A DNA stretch of 47,705 nucleotides from Candidatus Saccharimonadales bacterium. GTDB taxonomy: Bacteria; Verrucomicrobiota; Verrucomicrobiia; Limisphaerales; Palsa-1400. The notes below the pieces were generated by a model. That model worked only from the letters and a program-made list of their open reading frames with translations. It did no database searches and was not told the origin of the DNA. The stretch lies in contig DASRLE010000427.1 of the NCBI GenBank assembly GCA_035648615.1, forward strand, positions 1 through 47,705. Reading direction: 5' to 3'. Positions 37,811-47,424 of the stretch are shown here, piece after piece. Position 1 is the first letter of the stretch, and each line of letters starts with the position of its first letter. The translations under genes were made by a program, and so were the position numbers.

Positions 37811-38521
37811 TCAGGGCTTGAACCGTCGTCCGGATTCCTTTTCCAATTCCACGAAGGCCGGCTTTAGCTTGTCCAATGCAGACTGTTCTATTGGCTTCAC
37901 CAGCGGCTGCCCATCGTCCCAGTGCTGGCCAGCCTTGACGGTTGTATTGGTGCCAGAGATGTTAAGAACGTTTACGGCCCCGGCGAGCGCATTTACGGAC
38001 AGCCCCTGAGAATCATTCGTGGCGGAATTGAGCCGGACGGCCACCTCGACGACCCCGGCACCATGGCCGAACTCAATGAGGCCGTGAGGCGTGACAATTT
38101 CGTAGCGCGAATCGGAAGACAGCGGGCCAGCGATGACGCTGACGCCACCGCTTCGCACATAAACCATGGTCGTGGTATTACTGCCCGCCAACCGCATGTG
38201 AGGGACCTCCGCCAGGGATTCCGACGAAACTCGGACGACAGACGTGTAATCGTTAACCCACAAGTCTGCGTAGGAGTTAGTCAAGGTGCGAAGCGTGAGG
38301 CGGTCGTAAAAGTCAGTTCCAGCCTGAGCAGTTCGCCATTGATTGCCGTCCTGATATTCCACCCCTCCAGAAACCGCCAGAATGATCACCCGGCCGGAGA
38401 CCGAGTGGGTTGGCTCATACGCAGAGTCAAAAGATTCCCCCGTCTGCACTTCGTTCGAAAAAGCCACTGAGGCGCAACACAACAACGAGACAGTTCCTAT
38501 GGCGTCAAACAACCTTCGCAT
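37811..38521 (-). CDS. Secreted FecR-domain-like protein (second copy of this type)
   Basis: Signal peptide VSLLCCASVAFS. The core GGVEYQDGNQWRTAQAGTDFYDRLTLRTLTNSYADLWVNDYTSVVRVSSES follows the same FecR-like pattern as 8525-9229. Confidence 0.6.
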   Translation of the reverse strand: MRRLFDAIGTVSLLCCASVAFSNEVQTGESFDSAYEPTHSVSGRVIILAVSGGVEYQDGNQWRTAQAGTDFYDRLTLRTLTNSYADLWVNDYTSVVRVSSESLAEVPHMRLAGSNTTTMVYVRSGGVSVIAGPLSSDSRYEIVTPHGLIEFGHGAGVVEVAVRLNSATNDSQGLSVNALAGAVNVLNISGTNTTVKAGQHWDDGQPLVKPIEQSALDKLKPAFVELEKESGRRFKP

Positions 38522-38557
38522 GATTCATCCGGGTTTTACTTCGCGAAGGGATAAACT

Positions 38558-41500
38558 TCAAGAGATTTTGGCAAGTCTGCGAAAGGAATGGGTCCATGTG
38601 TCAAACCTACAGATGCCCTGGTACTCGCATTTGTCGCAGGCGCGCTCGCGGCCTTTTTGAAAGGGATTCAGTTCAATGGCGCCGCCGTAGATTTCGCGGC
38701 CCATGCGGATAAGCTGGGATTCAACTTGGTCGAGAAGCTGGCCAAATTGGCCGGGCGACATCAGGTCGGTGTTGCGGGCGTCGGGGTCGCCGTCTTTTTT
38801 GAGTTTGTATTTGAATTGGGTGCCGTCGGAGGTTCGGCGGTTGTCGAGGTAGGATAAAGCGGCGTGATCGAAGCGGCCGGAATGCTGGTAGCGGGATTGC
38901 TGACTGGTCGCCCCCTCGCGCAGGACTTCGGTGCGGGTATGGCCGTGCTCGGTTTGGCCGCGCAGATTTACGTAGAAGACGCCCGCCGGAATGAGGCGGC
39001 CCGTGCCGAAGGCAGGACGCGGATCGGGAAGGCGGCGCAGGACGTTGAGGTAGCCGGCCAGTTGCAGTTGCAGGCCGTGGGACATCAGGAGTTTATCGAG
39101 TTTGCGCGCGCTGGATTTGTAATCGACCACCACGGCGAGGGCCTCGTCGGCGCCTTCGAGGTGGCAAAGGTCGATGCGGTCGATGATGCCGCGAAAGATG
39201 AGGCTGTGGCCGCCGCCTAAATCGAGTTGCCAGGAGGGCAGTTTGGGATTGGACGTGCCAAAGCCCATTTCGACTTCGTAGGGATCGAATTGGTACTGGC
39301 TCATCCATTGCACCATCGCGCCGACGAAGTCTTGCAGGGACTCGGAGAGAATGCGGGCGGAAAAACGGGTTTGGGCGTTGGCGGAAATGAGGCCGTGCAT
39401 AAAGCGCGGCGCGGATTCGGTCACGATGCGCGCGATTCTTTGCCGGGCATCCTCGGGAGTGAGGTCGCGCCATTTCTTTTTCTCGGCCTGCAATTGCTGA
39501 TGAAAAGTGGCCAGGACCTCGTGCTGAAAGGTTCCACGCTCGCGAACGTCCAATTCAAAGAAACGCCGCTCCTCGGCCCGCAGGCCGGAGTGAATGAAAA
39601 ATCGGAACGAGCAGGCCGCAAATTGTTCAAGACGGCTGACGGACGTGGTCAGGGCCGGTCCGTAAAGTTTTTCGGCCAGCGCTGGAGAAAGGCTTTCGGG
39701 TTCGCGGCCGGAGCGGAACGATTTCAGTTGCTCGCGCAAAGAGGCGAAGACTGGCCATTGCAAAAGTTCCTGGGTTAGCGGAGTCGAGGCCGGGTTTGCC
39801 ACCAGGCCCATCAATTCGGAAGGATGTTGCGCCTCGGTCCAGTTCGGCGCCGCAAAAGTCTCGATTTCCAAGGTCGGGAAGAGGGATTTGAGACGGGAGA
39901 TGAAACCGGAGGGGTTGAGCGGTTGATCGGCGGCGTCCTGTTGCGCGCAGGTAACGACCAGCCGCTCGCTGGATCGCGTGCAGGCGATGTAGCCGAGAAA
40001 TTGTTCGCGGCTCAAAAATTGCCGGGTATCCTGGCCGAGGTTCAGCTCGGCGCGATCGGCTTCGCTGAACAGCCCCCCCGAAGGAGGGAGCGCGGGGAAG
40101 ACTTTCTCGTTGACGCCCAGGAGCAGCGCCAGCTTCAGCTCTGGATTGCGCGAGCGGTCGATGGCGCCGATCAGCACCTGGTCCATTACCGGCGGGATGA
40201 CGCCGATGGTTAAGCCGTTCAAACCCGCTTCCAGGATCGGGACCCACTCGGCCCAAGGTAAAGATTCCCCGGCAAAGGCCAGCTTCACGTCATCGAGCCA
40301 CTCATTCATCTGCTCCCAAACCGTGGCGTGGACGGCGTCGCTCCAGTGTTCGAGTTTTTTTTCGATGTCCAAGGCGCGCCATAAATCGCGCAGCGCCCCG
40401 GCCAGTTGCGAGCCGGTGGGACGCGACAAACGAAGTGACCGGAGGCTGGCAAAGGGCGCAATCCACTTGAGGCGCAAACGCTCCACCCATTGCAATTTGG
40501 GATCATTGAGGCGCAGCGGGGCGAACCAGTCGTCCCCTTTCCAGCCGTGGATGAGCGCTTCGTTTTCCATTTGGTCGATGGCGTGTTCATCGTCGGACAC
40601 AAGGCCCGATTTGAGCGCTCCGAACCAGTCATCATGCTGCCAGCCAAAAGCGGCCGCGCGCAAAGTGCTGCGGGTCAATTCGGCCAGCGGATGCTGCGCG
40701 ACCGGTTGTCGGCGATCGAGAAAACAGGGTATCTCGTAGCGGGCAAAGACGCGCCGCAAGTCATCATGATAGCCCTCCAGTCGGCGAACCAGCACGGCTG
40801 CCTCACGAAACCGCCCGCCCGCCCGGACAAAGGCCAAAATCTCGCGCGCGGCCAAAACCGCTTCGGCGGCTGGATTGGGACAAATGGCCACACGCAACGC
40901 TCCCGGAGCCAGTGCGGACGGAAAATCCTTGGGTTCCTCCCAATATTCTTCCAGGTGCGTCAAAACGGCGCTATGGGAATATCGATTGAGCGAATGGCGG
41001 GGCAGAATCTTGGTAATTAATTGCGCTTCAGGAAGTTCGGCCAGGGTATCCCAACATTTGCGCACAGACTTGGAGATTCCCGCCCAAATGGAGAGCCAGG
41101 GAGTCTCATTTTCTCTCCGCAGCCGGTCCAGGCAGAAAGCCAGCGTGACTTTTTCGCACAAGGGCGTGAGCGCGGCCAACAAAGCCAGCTCCTGCGGAGT
41201 GAGTTCGGCAAAGCCGTCAAGCCATAGGCCAGAGATCGCGAAAGGTTTGGGGCCGGCTTTTTGCAGTTGCTGTGCCGCCAAGTCGAGAAGGCAATCGGAA
41301 TCCTGGAGATTATTTTTTTCCAGCCAGACGAGATAATCGGCCAGGAGAAGAGAGAGATCGAAGAGTTTGCGGCGCAGAGCTTCAGCCAGTTGGGCGGAGG
41401 AGGCCAAATCAAGCAACGCGGGCGGAGAAAGACGATGACGCTGAAACTCGCGCAATTCCACGCTAAACTGGCGCGCAAAACCGGGCAAACCTGCGCTGGA

Positions 41501-41833
41501 ATGGAAAATGCGCAGATCGTGGCGGCGCTTGGACAGCAAAGCGCGCAAAACCATGACGCGACCCTCTTCGGAAAGCATGGGAGGCGGCGGCTGGCCCAGC
41601 CGATCCAGGACAAATTGGGCAAGGCGCTCAAACGAAAGAATATGCAAACGGGTATAACCGGCCAAAGCCGGATCGGCTAAAAGCTGGCGCTCCAACTGAA
41701 AAGTCGCCTGCTTGGGAGAAAGCAAAATCAGCGGCGGGCCGCCGGGGTCGGCTTTGAGGGCTTGGCGGACTTCCTGGAGGCACAGGAAGGTCTTTCCCGT
41801 GCCGGCGGAACCGAGAAGAAATCGCGCTTGCAC
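38558..41833 (-). CDS. addB: AddB-type helicase-nuclease subunit (PD-(D/E)XK nuclease with an Fe-S cluster)
   Basis: N-terminal Walker A FLLGSAGTGKTF. C-terminal nuclease motif GIIDRIDL...AVVVDYKSS. The cysteine set FAACSF...CDKCEYQGIC is typical of AddB. The longest ORF runs to 41920, but a GTG at 41833 (VQARFLLGSAGTGKT) gives the usual short N-terminus and removes the overlap with the divergent gene. Confidence 0.85.
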   Translation of the reverse strand: MQARFLLGSAGTGKTFLCLQEVRQALKADPGGPPLILLSPKQATFQLERQLLADPALAGYTRLHILSFERLAQFVLDRLGQPPPPMLSEEGRVMVLRALLSKRRHDLRIFHSSAGLPGFARQFSVELREFQRHRLSPPALLDLASSAQLAEALRRKLFDLSLLLADYLVWLEKNNLQDSDCLLDLAAQQLQKAGPKPFAISGLWLDGFAELTPQELALLAALTPLCEKVTLAFCLDRLRRENETPWLSIWAGISKSVRKCWDTLAELPEAQLITKILPRHSLNRYSHSAVLTHLEEYWEEPKDFPSALAPGALRVAICPNPAAEAVLAAREILAFVRAGGRFREAAVLVRRLEGYHDDLRRVFARYEIPCFLDRRQPVAQHPLAELTRSTLRAAAFGWQHDDWFGALKSGLVSDDEHAIDQMENEALIHGWKGDDWFAPLRLNDPKLQWVERLRLKWIAPFASLRSLRLSRPTGSQLAGALRDLWRALDIEKKLEHWSDAVHATVWEQMNEWLDDVKLAFAGESLPWAEWVPILEAGLNGLTIGVIPPVMDQVLIGAIDRSRNPELKLALLLGVNEKVFPALPPSGGLFSEADRAELNLGQDTRQFLSREQFLGYIACTRSSERLVVTCAQQDAADQPLNPSGFISRLKSLFPTLEIETFAAPNWTEAQHPSELMGLVANPASTPLTQELLQWPVFASLREQLKSFRSGREPESLSPALAEKLYGPALTTSVSRLEQFAACSFRFFIHSGLRAEERRFFELDVRERGTFQHEVLATFHQQLQAEKKKWRDLTPEDARQRIARIVTESAPRFMHGLISANAQTRFSARILSESLQDFVGAMVQWMSQYQFDPYEVEMGFGTSNPKLPSWQLDLGGGHSLIFRGIIDRIDLCHLEGADEALAVVVDYKSSARKLDKLLMSHGLQLQLAGYLNVLRRLPDPRPAFGTGRLIPAGVFYVNLRGQTEHGHTRTEVLREGATSQQSRYQHSGRFDHAALSYLDNRRTSDGTQFKYKLKKDGDPDARNTDLMSPGQFGQLLDQVESQLIRMGREIYGGAIELNPFQKGRERACDKCEYQGICRFDTWTHSFRRLAKIS

Positions 41834-41961
41834 CCCTTCTTTGTCGCGCAAAAAGAGTGGCGGGCAAGGTTTATTTTCAGGACGCTTCCCAAATAGTAGT
41901 ATTTCTCTTAGTAGGTACAATCCTTGCTGACATAGCCGGCGGATTCCGCTACAAAAGGTCC

Positions 41962-44883
41962 GTGCCGAATACGGACAAACTCGCCGAGTTCACCGCCTGG
42001 TGCCAGAAGAACATCACGGGCGATGAAAAGGGTGAGGCGCAAATTTTCCTCGACCGCCTGTTCCAGGCTTTTGATCAGCCAGGTTGTCTCGACGTGGGCG
42101 GCACGGCGGAAGTCCGCGTCCGCAAATCCGAAGAGGACGGCGGCGGCACGGCCTTCGCCGATTATGTTTGGAAACCGATCGTGCTGATCGAAATGAAAAG
42201 GCGCGGCGAGAATTTGCAGAAACACTACCGCCAGGCTTTCGATTACTGGACGCGACTCGTGCCCAACCGGCCGCGTTACGTCGTGCTTTGCAACTTCGAC
42301 GAGTTTCGCGTTTACGATTTCGACACCGACCTCGACGCACCCAAAGACACGGTCGCGCTGAAAGATTTGCCGGAGCGCTGGGGGCCGCTGGCCTTTCTCG
42401 CGCCCGGTTCACCCAAGCCCACGTTTGAGCACGACCGCGAAAAGGTCACGCGCGAGGCGGCGGATTGTCTGGCCGAATGTTTCCGCAAACTGGTCAAACG
42501 CGGCGTGCCGCGCGAAACGGCCCAGCGTTTCATTCTGCAAATGCTCGTGGCCCTCTTCGCCGAGGACATTGATCTGCTGCCCAAGTATTTCGTCACCCAA
42601 ATTCTGGACGACTGCACCACGCCCGCGAGCGCCTACGACCTGATCGGCGGATTGTTCGAGGCCATGAACACCAACCCGCCCATGTCCGGCGGGCGTTTCA
42701 AGGGCGTGCGCTATTTCAACGGCGGCTTGTTCCGCGAACCGGCCCGGCTGGAGATTCAGGACTTCGAGCTTGTTCTGCTGCGAAAGGCGGCCAAGTTTGA
42801 CTGGTCAAAAGTTCAGCCCGAAGTTTTCGGCACACTCTTCCAACACTCCATGGGCGACGAGGAAAGGCACGCTTTCGGCGCGCACTTCACGCATCCGTCC
42901 GACATCATGAAGATCGTCGGGCCGACCATCGTCGAGCCTTGGCGGGAACAGATTGAAAACGCCAAAACGCTCAAGCGCCTGCGTGAACTGGAGGACCGGA
43001 TGCGCCGTTTCATCGTCCTGGACCCGGCGTGCGGCTGCGGCAACTTTCTCTATATCGCTTATCGCGAGATGAAGCGCTTGGAAGCTCGCATCTATGAGAG
43101 GATGGCAGAGATCTCCAAGGAGATTGATCCGCGCACGCGGTATTTCGGTTTCGTAACCGCGCAAAACTTCTACGGACTCGACATCCTACCCTTCGCGGTC
43201 GAGATCGCCAAAGTGACGATGATGATTGCGCGGAAGCTGGCGATTGATGAGTTGCACATCACCGAGCAACCGCTCCCGCTCGACAACCTGGACCAGAATT
43301 TCATTGCCGCCGACGCGCTGCTTACGCCCGAAGGTTTGCCGGCCCAATGGCCGAAGGCGGACGTCATCATCGGCAATCCGCCGTTTCTCGGTGTCAAAAA
43401 GCTGAAACCAGAACGTGGCGCAGACTACGTGAACACATTGCGCCGCGCTTACGCGGAAGTCCCCGGCATGGCGGACTACTGCGTTTATTGGATTCGCAAA
43501 GCGCACGATCATTTGCCGGCTTGCAGCCCTGACGATCCAATGGCAGGCCGCGCTGGACTCGTCGGCACGCAAAACATCCGCAACAACCAATCCCGCGTGG
43601 GCGGACTCGACTATGTCGTGAAGACTGGCACGATCGTGGAAGCCGTGGAAAACCAGCCGTGGTCAGGCGAAGCCAACGTCCACGTCGCCATTGCCAACTG
43701 GGCGAAAACTCAGGACTCTGCGCTGTTGCCCAAGACGCGCAAACTCTGGTTCAAAGTCGAATCATCCTCTGGTGCAAAGAAACTCCGCAAGCGCGGCAGC
43801 GGACCGGCCAGCAAGGAATACGAACTTGATGTCCGGGAATGCGATCAAATCAACTCGACGCTTTCAGACAAGACGGATGTGAGCGGCGCGAAAGTTCTCG
43901 GCTGCAACACCGAACCTCAAAAAGTTTTCCAAGGTGTGACGCCGGGCCACGAAGCATTCTTGCTCACGGCGAAAGAGGTAAGCGATTTCACCAAGAAGTC
44001 TGAAGACAACAATTCGGTAATTTTCCCCTACCTCATCGGTGACGAGATTCTAACGGGCAACGGAACTCCAGACCGTTTCGTTTTGGACTTCCAGCAGAAA
44101 CTGATGCTTGAAGCGCAAACCTATGCCGCGCCATTCGCTTATGTTCAAGCCCGTGTGTTGCCCGCGCGGATGAAAGCTGCCAAAGAAGGCAAGGATGCGG
44201 AGGGTAATATGCGCCCCCATCATAAACAGTTTCTCGAACGCTGGTGGAAACTTTCGTGGGACAGAGCGGACATGGTTGCCGAGATTGCCAAGATTTCTCG
44301 TTACCTCGTTTGCTCGCGGGTAACGAAACGTCCGGTGTTTGCTTTCGTTCACAGTTCAATCCGACCTGGCGACGCGCTCCAAGTTTTTATTTTTCAGGAC
44401 GACTATAGCTTCGGGATTCTACAGTCGCAGCCGCACTGGCTTTGGTTCATCACTAAATGCAGTAAAATGAAATCCGATTTCCGTTACACGCCCGAATCCG
44501 TTTTCGACACCTTCCCGTGGCCGCAAACGGCGACGGTGAAGCAGATTGACGCGGTGGCCGCGGCGTCGCGCGAGTTGCGCCGCGTGCGCGCCGAGGCATT
44601 GCCGAAAATGAAGGGCGGCTTGCGCGCGCTTTATCGCACCCTCGAATTGCCGGGCGCGAATCCGCTGCGCGACGCCCACACCGCGCTCGACACCGCCGTC
44701 CTCACCGCCTACGGCTTCAACGCAAAAAAGGATTTGCTCGCCCAACTCCTCGCCCTCAATCAAGCCGTCGCCACGAAGATAGAGAAGGGAGAACCCGTCA
44801 CCGCCCCCGGGGTGCCAAAAAATTATCTCAATGCGAATAAATTGGTGACGGAGGATTGCATAAAACCGTTGGCGGTCGCTTGA
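41962..44883 (+). CDS. MmeI-family type IIL (IIG) restriction-modification enzyme: endonuclease, N6-adenine methyltransferase and target-recognition domain in one polypeptide
   Basis: The N-terminal nuclease block ADYVWKPIVLIEMKRRGENLQKHYRQAFDYW...PRYVVLCNFDEFRVYDF parallels MmeI FWPGILLIEMKSRGKDL...PRYVLVCDFQRF, as I recall it. Further blocks are FAED, YFNGGLF, DWSKVQPEVFGTLFQHSM, GAHFT, motif I VLDPACGCGNFLYIAYRE and motif IV IIGNPPFLG. The GTG at 41962 fits the MmeI N-terminal length. The track ORF starts at 41857. Confidence 0.88.
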   Translation: MPNTDKLAEFTAWCQKNITGDEKGEAQIFLDRLFQAFDQPGCLDVGGTAEVRVRKSEEDGGGTAFADYVWKPIVLIEMKRRGENLQKHYRQAFDYWTRLVPNRPRYVVLCNFDEFRVYDFDTDLDAPKDTVALKDLPERWGPLAFLAPGSPKPTFEHDREKVTREAADCLAECFRKLVKRGVPRETAQRFILQMLVALFAEDIDLLPKYFVTQILDDCTTPASAYDLIGGLFEAMNTNPPMSGGRFKGVRYFNGGLFREPARLEIQDFELVLLRKAAKFDWSKVQPEVFGTLFQHSMGDEERHAFGAHFTHPSDIMKIVGPTIVEPWREQIENAKTLKRLRELEDRMRRFIVLDPACGCGNFLYIAYREMKRLEARIYERMAEISKEIDPRTRYFGFVTAQNFYGLDILPFAVEIAKVTMMIARKLAIDELHITEQPLPLDNLDQNFIAADALLTPEGLPAQWPKADVIIGNPPFLGVKKLKPERGADYVNTLRRAYAEVPGMADYCVYWIRKAHDHLPACSPDDPMAGRAGLVGTQNIRNNQSRVGGLDYVVKTGTIVEAVENQPWSGEANVHVAIANWAKTQDSALLPKTRKLWFKVESSSGAKKLRKRGSGPASKEYELDVRECDQINSTLSDKTDVSGAKVLGCNTEPQKVFQGVTPGHEAFLLTAKEVSDFTKKSEDNNSVIFPYLIGDEILTGNGTPDRFVLDFQQKLMLEAQTYAAPFAYVQARVLPARMKAAKEGKDAEGNMRPHHKQFLERWWKLSWDRADMVAEIAKISRYLVCSRVTKRPVFAFVHSSIRPGDALQVFIFQDDYSFGILQSQPHWLWFITKCSKMKSDFRYTPESVFDTFPWPQTATVKQIDAVAAASRELRRVRAEALPKMKGGLRALYRTLELPGANPLRDAHTALDTAVLTAYGFNAKKDLLAQLLALNQAVATKIEKGEPVTAPGVPKNYLNANKLVTEDCIKPLAVA

Positions 44884-44942
44884 GCATGTGTCAGGTGTCG
44901 GTCTCGGTTGAGCATAAGGGCCGAGTTCTGGGCGTCACTCCG

Positions 44943-46157
44943 TCATTTTGCATTGTTTTCAGGCGCTTTTAAATAATTTACCGCCGCTGTTCGGAACTCC
45001 AAATCGTCCGGTGCGTTGCCGGTTCTCGATGTTTCAGCGGCAACGAAGCGATGCGCCCACTCAAAGTATCGTCGGTGAGTTTCATAGACCGGTTGTTTGA
45101 CTCCCTTGTCATCTATCATCCAATAGCCGCGCTGGCTGCCGTCGGAGTTGACCTCGTTGTTATACATCTCCCAATAAAGCACGAAGGGACAGCCCCATTC
45201 GAGTCCTGCCAGCATGACAATGCGCGATAACCGTTCCTGCTCCTGAGGCGTGTGTGCGTTCTGTTTGGATGTTTTTTTCAAGATGGGATAGCCATATTCG
45301 CCAATAAATACGCGTTTGCCGCTGATGCCGGGCTTGGGCGTGAGTTTTGATTCAATGTAATCCAGCGCCGACTTGATATTATCGGGCCGGGGGAAATTCG
45401 AGGTGTCATAAGAAGAATAGGAAACAAAATCCACCGGAACCATCGGCAGCACCTTATTCACGACCGTCGGCCGGTCTTCGTCGCGGGCCGGTGTGACGTG
45501 ATTAACTTCGGTATAATGCCAAACCTGTACGTGGTGGTGTGGCGTGTCGCGCTTGGCGTCGTCCACAGCGCGTTGCCGAACTGTCAGCCAATCAATCATT
45601 CCTTGAATCGCGACGGGGGTCGCCCTGACATCGAATTCCTTCCCGATGCTGCCGCGCAACATGCCGTCGCCTTCCCAATGACCGAGATAAAAAGTCTTGC
45701 CGCTGCCATCGTAAGTTTTCAATAAATAGGCAACCAGATCATAAACCTCACGATATTCATTTGTTTGAGCCGTCTTGTTAAACCCGTTACGCCAGCTCCC
45801 TCCGCCGGGATTGCTGTAGGTATGCATCCAGATCACGAAATAGGCGAACGGCATGTCGAGCACATGCCGGTGCGATGGCTCGTCCCGGGCCAGCTCAGTC
45901 AGTGAATGAACTGCCGATTGTTTTTTGGGGGTGAGGGCAAACTTGATGACCGTCGAGCCGAGCGCCTGAATAGCTTCGGCGGTTTCCACCAAGGGAGTCT
46001 GTTTGGTGAAGTGGTAGCTGGGGTCGAACGTCTGAGTGCCAAGGACGTAATTAAAATGATTCAACCCACCGTTCGGTTCCGGGGCGGCGAGCATTGGCCA
46101 CGCGGTAAGTGAGATAAAGATGGCAACCGTGACCAGTTGTTTTGGAAAAACGATCAT
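44943..46157 (-). CDS. Secreted putative glycoside hydrolase (clan GH-A TIM-barrel-like)
   Basis: Signal peptide VAIFISLTAWPMLAAP. The candidate acid/base region FYLGHWEGDG and nucleophile region VFIGEYGYP resemble GH5-like enzymes. The family assignment is uncertain. Confidence 0.55.
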   Translation of the reverse strand: MIVFPKQLVTVAIFISLTAWPMLAAPEPNGGLNHFNYVLGTQTFDPSYHFTKQTPLVETAEAIQALGSTVIKFALTPKKQSAVHSLTELARDEPSHRHVLDMPFAYFVIWMHTYSNPGGGSWRNGFNKTAQTNEYREVYDLVAYLLKTYDGSGKTFYLGHWEGDGMLRGSIGKEFDVRATPVAIQGMIDWLTVRQRAVDDAKRDTPHHHVQVWHYTEVNHVTPARDEDRPTVVNKVLPMVPVDFVSYSSYDTSNFPRPDNIKSALDYIESKLTPKPGISGKRVFIGEYGYPILKKTSKQNAHTPQEQERLSRIVMLAGLEWGCPFVLYWEMYNNEVNSDGSQRGYWMIDDKGVKQPVYETHRRYFEWAHRFVAAETSRTGNAPDDLEFRTAAVNYLKAPENNAK

Positions 46158-46690
46158 AAACTCTTTTCATCAGCCTACGTTCCCCGATTCCAGCAGTCAA
46201 AGCCTTAACAATGGGCCAGTTTGGACGCCATTAGCCGCCGGCAGACGGAGAAAAGTCCGCCAAGATGAGCACCAGCATCATGTTATCCAAGCCTCATTTG
46301 AAAGAACCATAAACGCCAAATCGCGTTTGAAATCATTGCGCAAATCAAAGAATTGTGCGATTTAAGTTGGCCTGCAGATCACTGAGGCAAGGAGATATTC
46401 TCGGAGGAATTTGCAAAAGTTAAACCACCTCGAAACGTCAGGCCAAGCTGCGACAGGCAAGAGGTGAGCGTGTTTATCTAATTTGGAATGGGCGTGAATA
46501 AAACGGACGACCCACACTTCTGCTGCCTGTAATTCTGCTCGTCACACAGTTTAAAACAAAATGCCTCTTCATCTCTGCCCGAAACGTGATCTAGCCGAAA
46601 TGGCATTCGCTGGGATGCAAACTCGCGACACTGATCCGCCCATCCAGTGTGCTGTGTTGACGTCCAATTCATAAATCCGACTCAATCCAC

Positions 46691-47119
46691 CTACTTTTTT
46701 CGATTCCGTTCCTGAATACGCTCAGGAATCGACGGGCCGAAAAAGAGATGCCCCTTGTTAACTTCTCGAATCCCATCGGACAGAACATGGGCGAGGGCTT
46801 GGTTATGCAGAAATCCCATGGCACCAGACTCCGTCGCGTTTTTTATGGACGCACCATCATATAGTGCAGAGAGGATGACCACTTTGGTTGCGGGGAGAGC
46901 TTTGAGAATCTGGCGAGTAGTTTGCAAACCATTGTGCATCGGCATCGCGATGTCAATGACGACCACTGCGGGACGAAGTTCTTTGACCAGGGCGACCGCT
47001 TGACGACCGTTTTCCGCTTCGCCGACCACTTTGAGGTCGTTTTCCAGTTCAAGTATCTTGCGAAATCCCTCGCGCCCAATCTTATGGTCTTCGACCAGCA
47101 GGACAGTGATTGGGTTCAT
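46691..47119 (-). CDS. NarL-type receiver-domain response regulator lacking an HTH output domain
   Basis: ITVLLVEDHKIGREGF...VVVIDIAMPMHNGL...VVILSAL...GAMGFL. The ORF stops about 25 aa after the receiver, and I found no LuxR-type HTH in any frame downstream. Confidence 0.8.
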   Translation of the reverse strand: MNPITVLLVEDHKIGREGFRKILELENDLKVVGEAENGRQAVALVKELRPAVVVIDIAMPMHNGLQTTRQILKALPATKVVILSALYDGASIKNATESGAMGFLHNQALAHVLSDGIREVNKGHLFFGPSIPERIQERNRKK

Positions 47120-47141
47120 AGATACTGGGCAACAAACCGTT

Positions 47142-47363
47142 TTAGAGAGGAGAAGCCTTTCTGACTAATTTGGCGCCATTGGTCTTAAGGTAAGCCTGCA
47201 CTGCGGCTATCCCTCCCAAACTAATCGGCACCCGCTTTTGACTTCGAAAGAGGCGGTAGTGCGTAAGGGTCTTGCCCACTTCCTTAATTTCGAGGTGTTT
47301 ATCGTCCATCTTCCAAAGTTGGCCTTTCGCCAAAGGTGGTGGAATCGGTTTCTTAGCCTTCAT
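47142..47363 (-). CDS. Hypothetical small protein (73 aa from the internal ATG)
   Basis: ORF only: MKAKKPIPPPLAKGQLWKMDDKHLEIKEVGKTLTHYRLF... It lies between infA and the response regulator on the same strand. Confidence 0.4.
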   Translation of the reverse strand: MKAKKPIPPPLAKGQLWKMDDKHLEIKEVGKTLTHYRLFRSQKRVPISLGGIAAVQAYLKTNGAKLVRKASPL

Positions 47364-47424
47364 ATTTTTTGGTGCTATCGAGTGATTTACCACTGTGAAA
47401 AGCTCTGTTATGACCACAATTTGA

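Noticed and set aside
41857-41920. A 64-bp head-to-head coding overlap of addB and the MmeI-like gene
   Set aside because: It is most likely an artefact of taking the longest ORFs. Family-typical N-termini are obtained with the internal GTG starts at 41833 and 41962.
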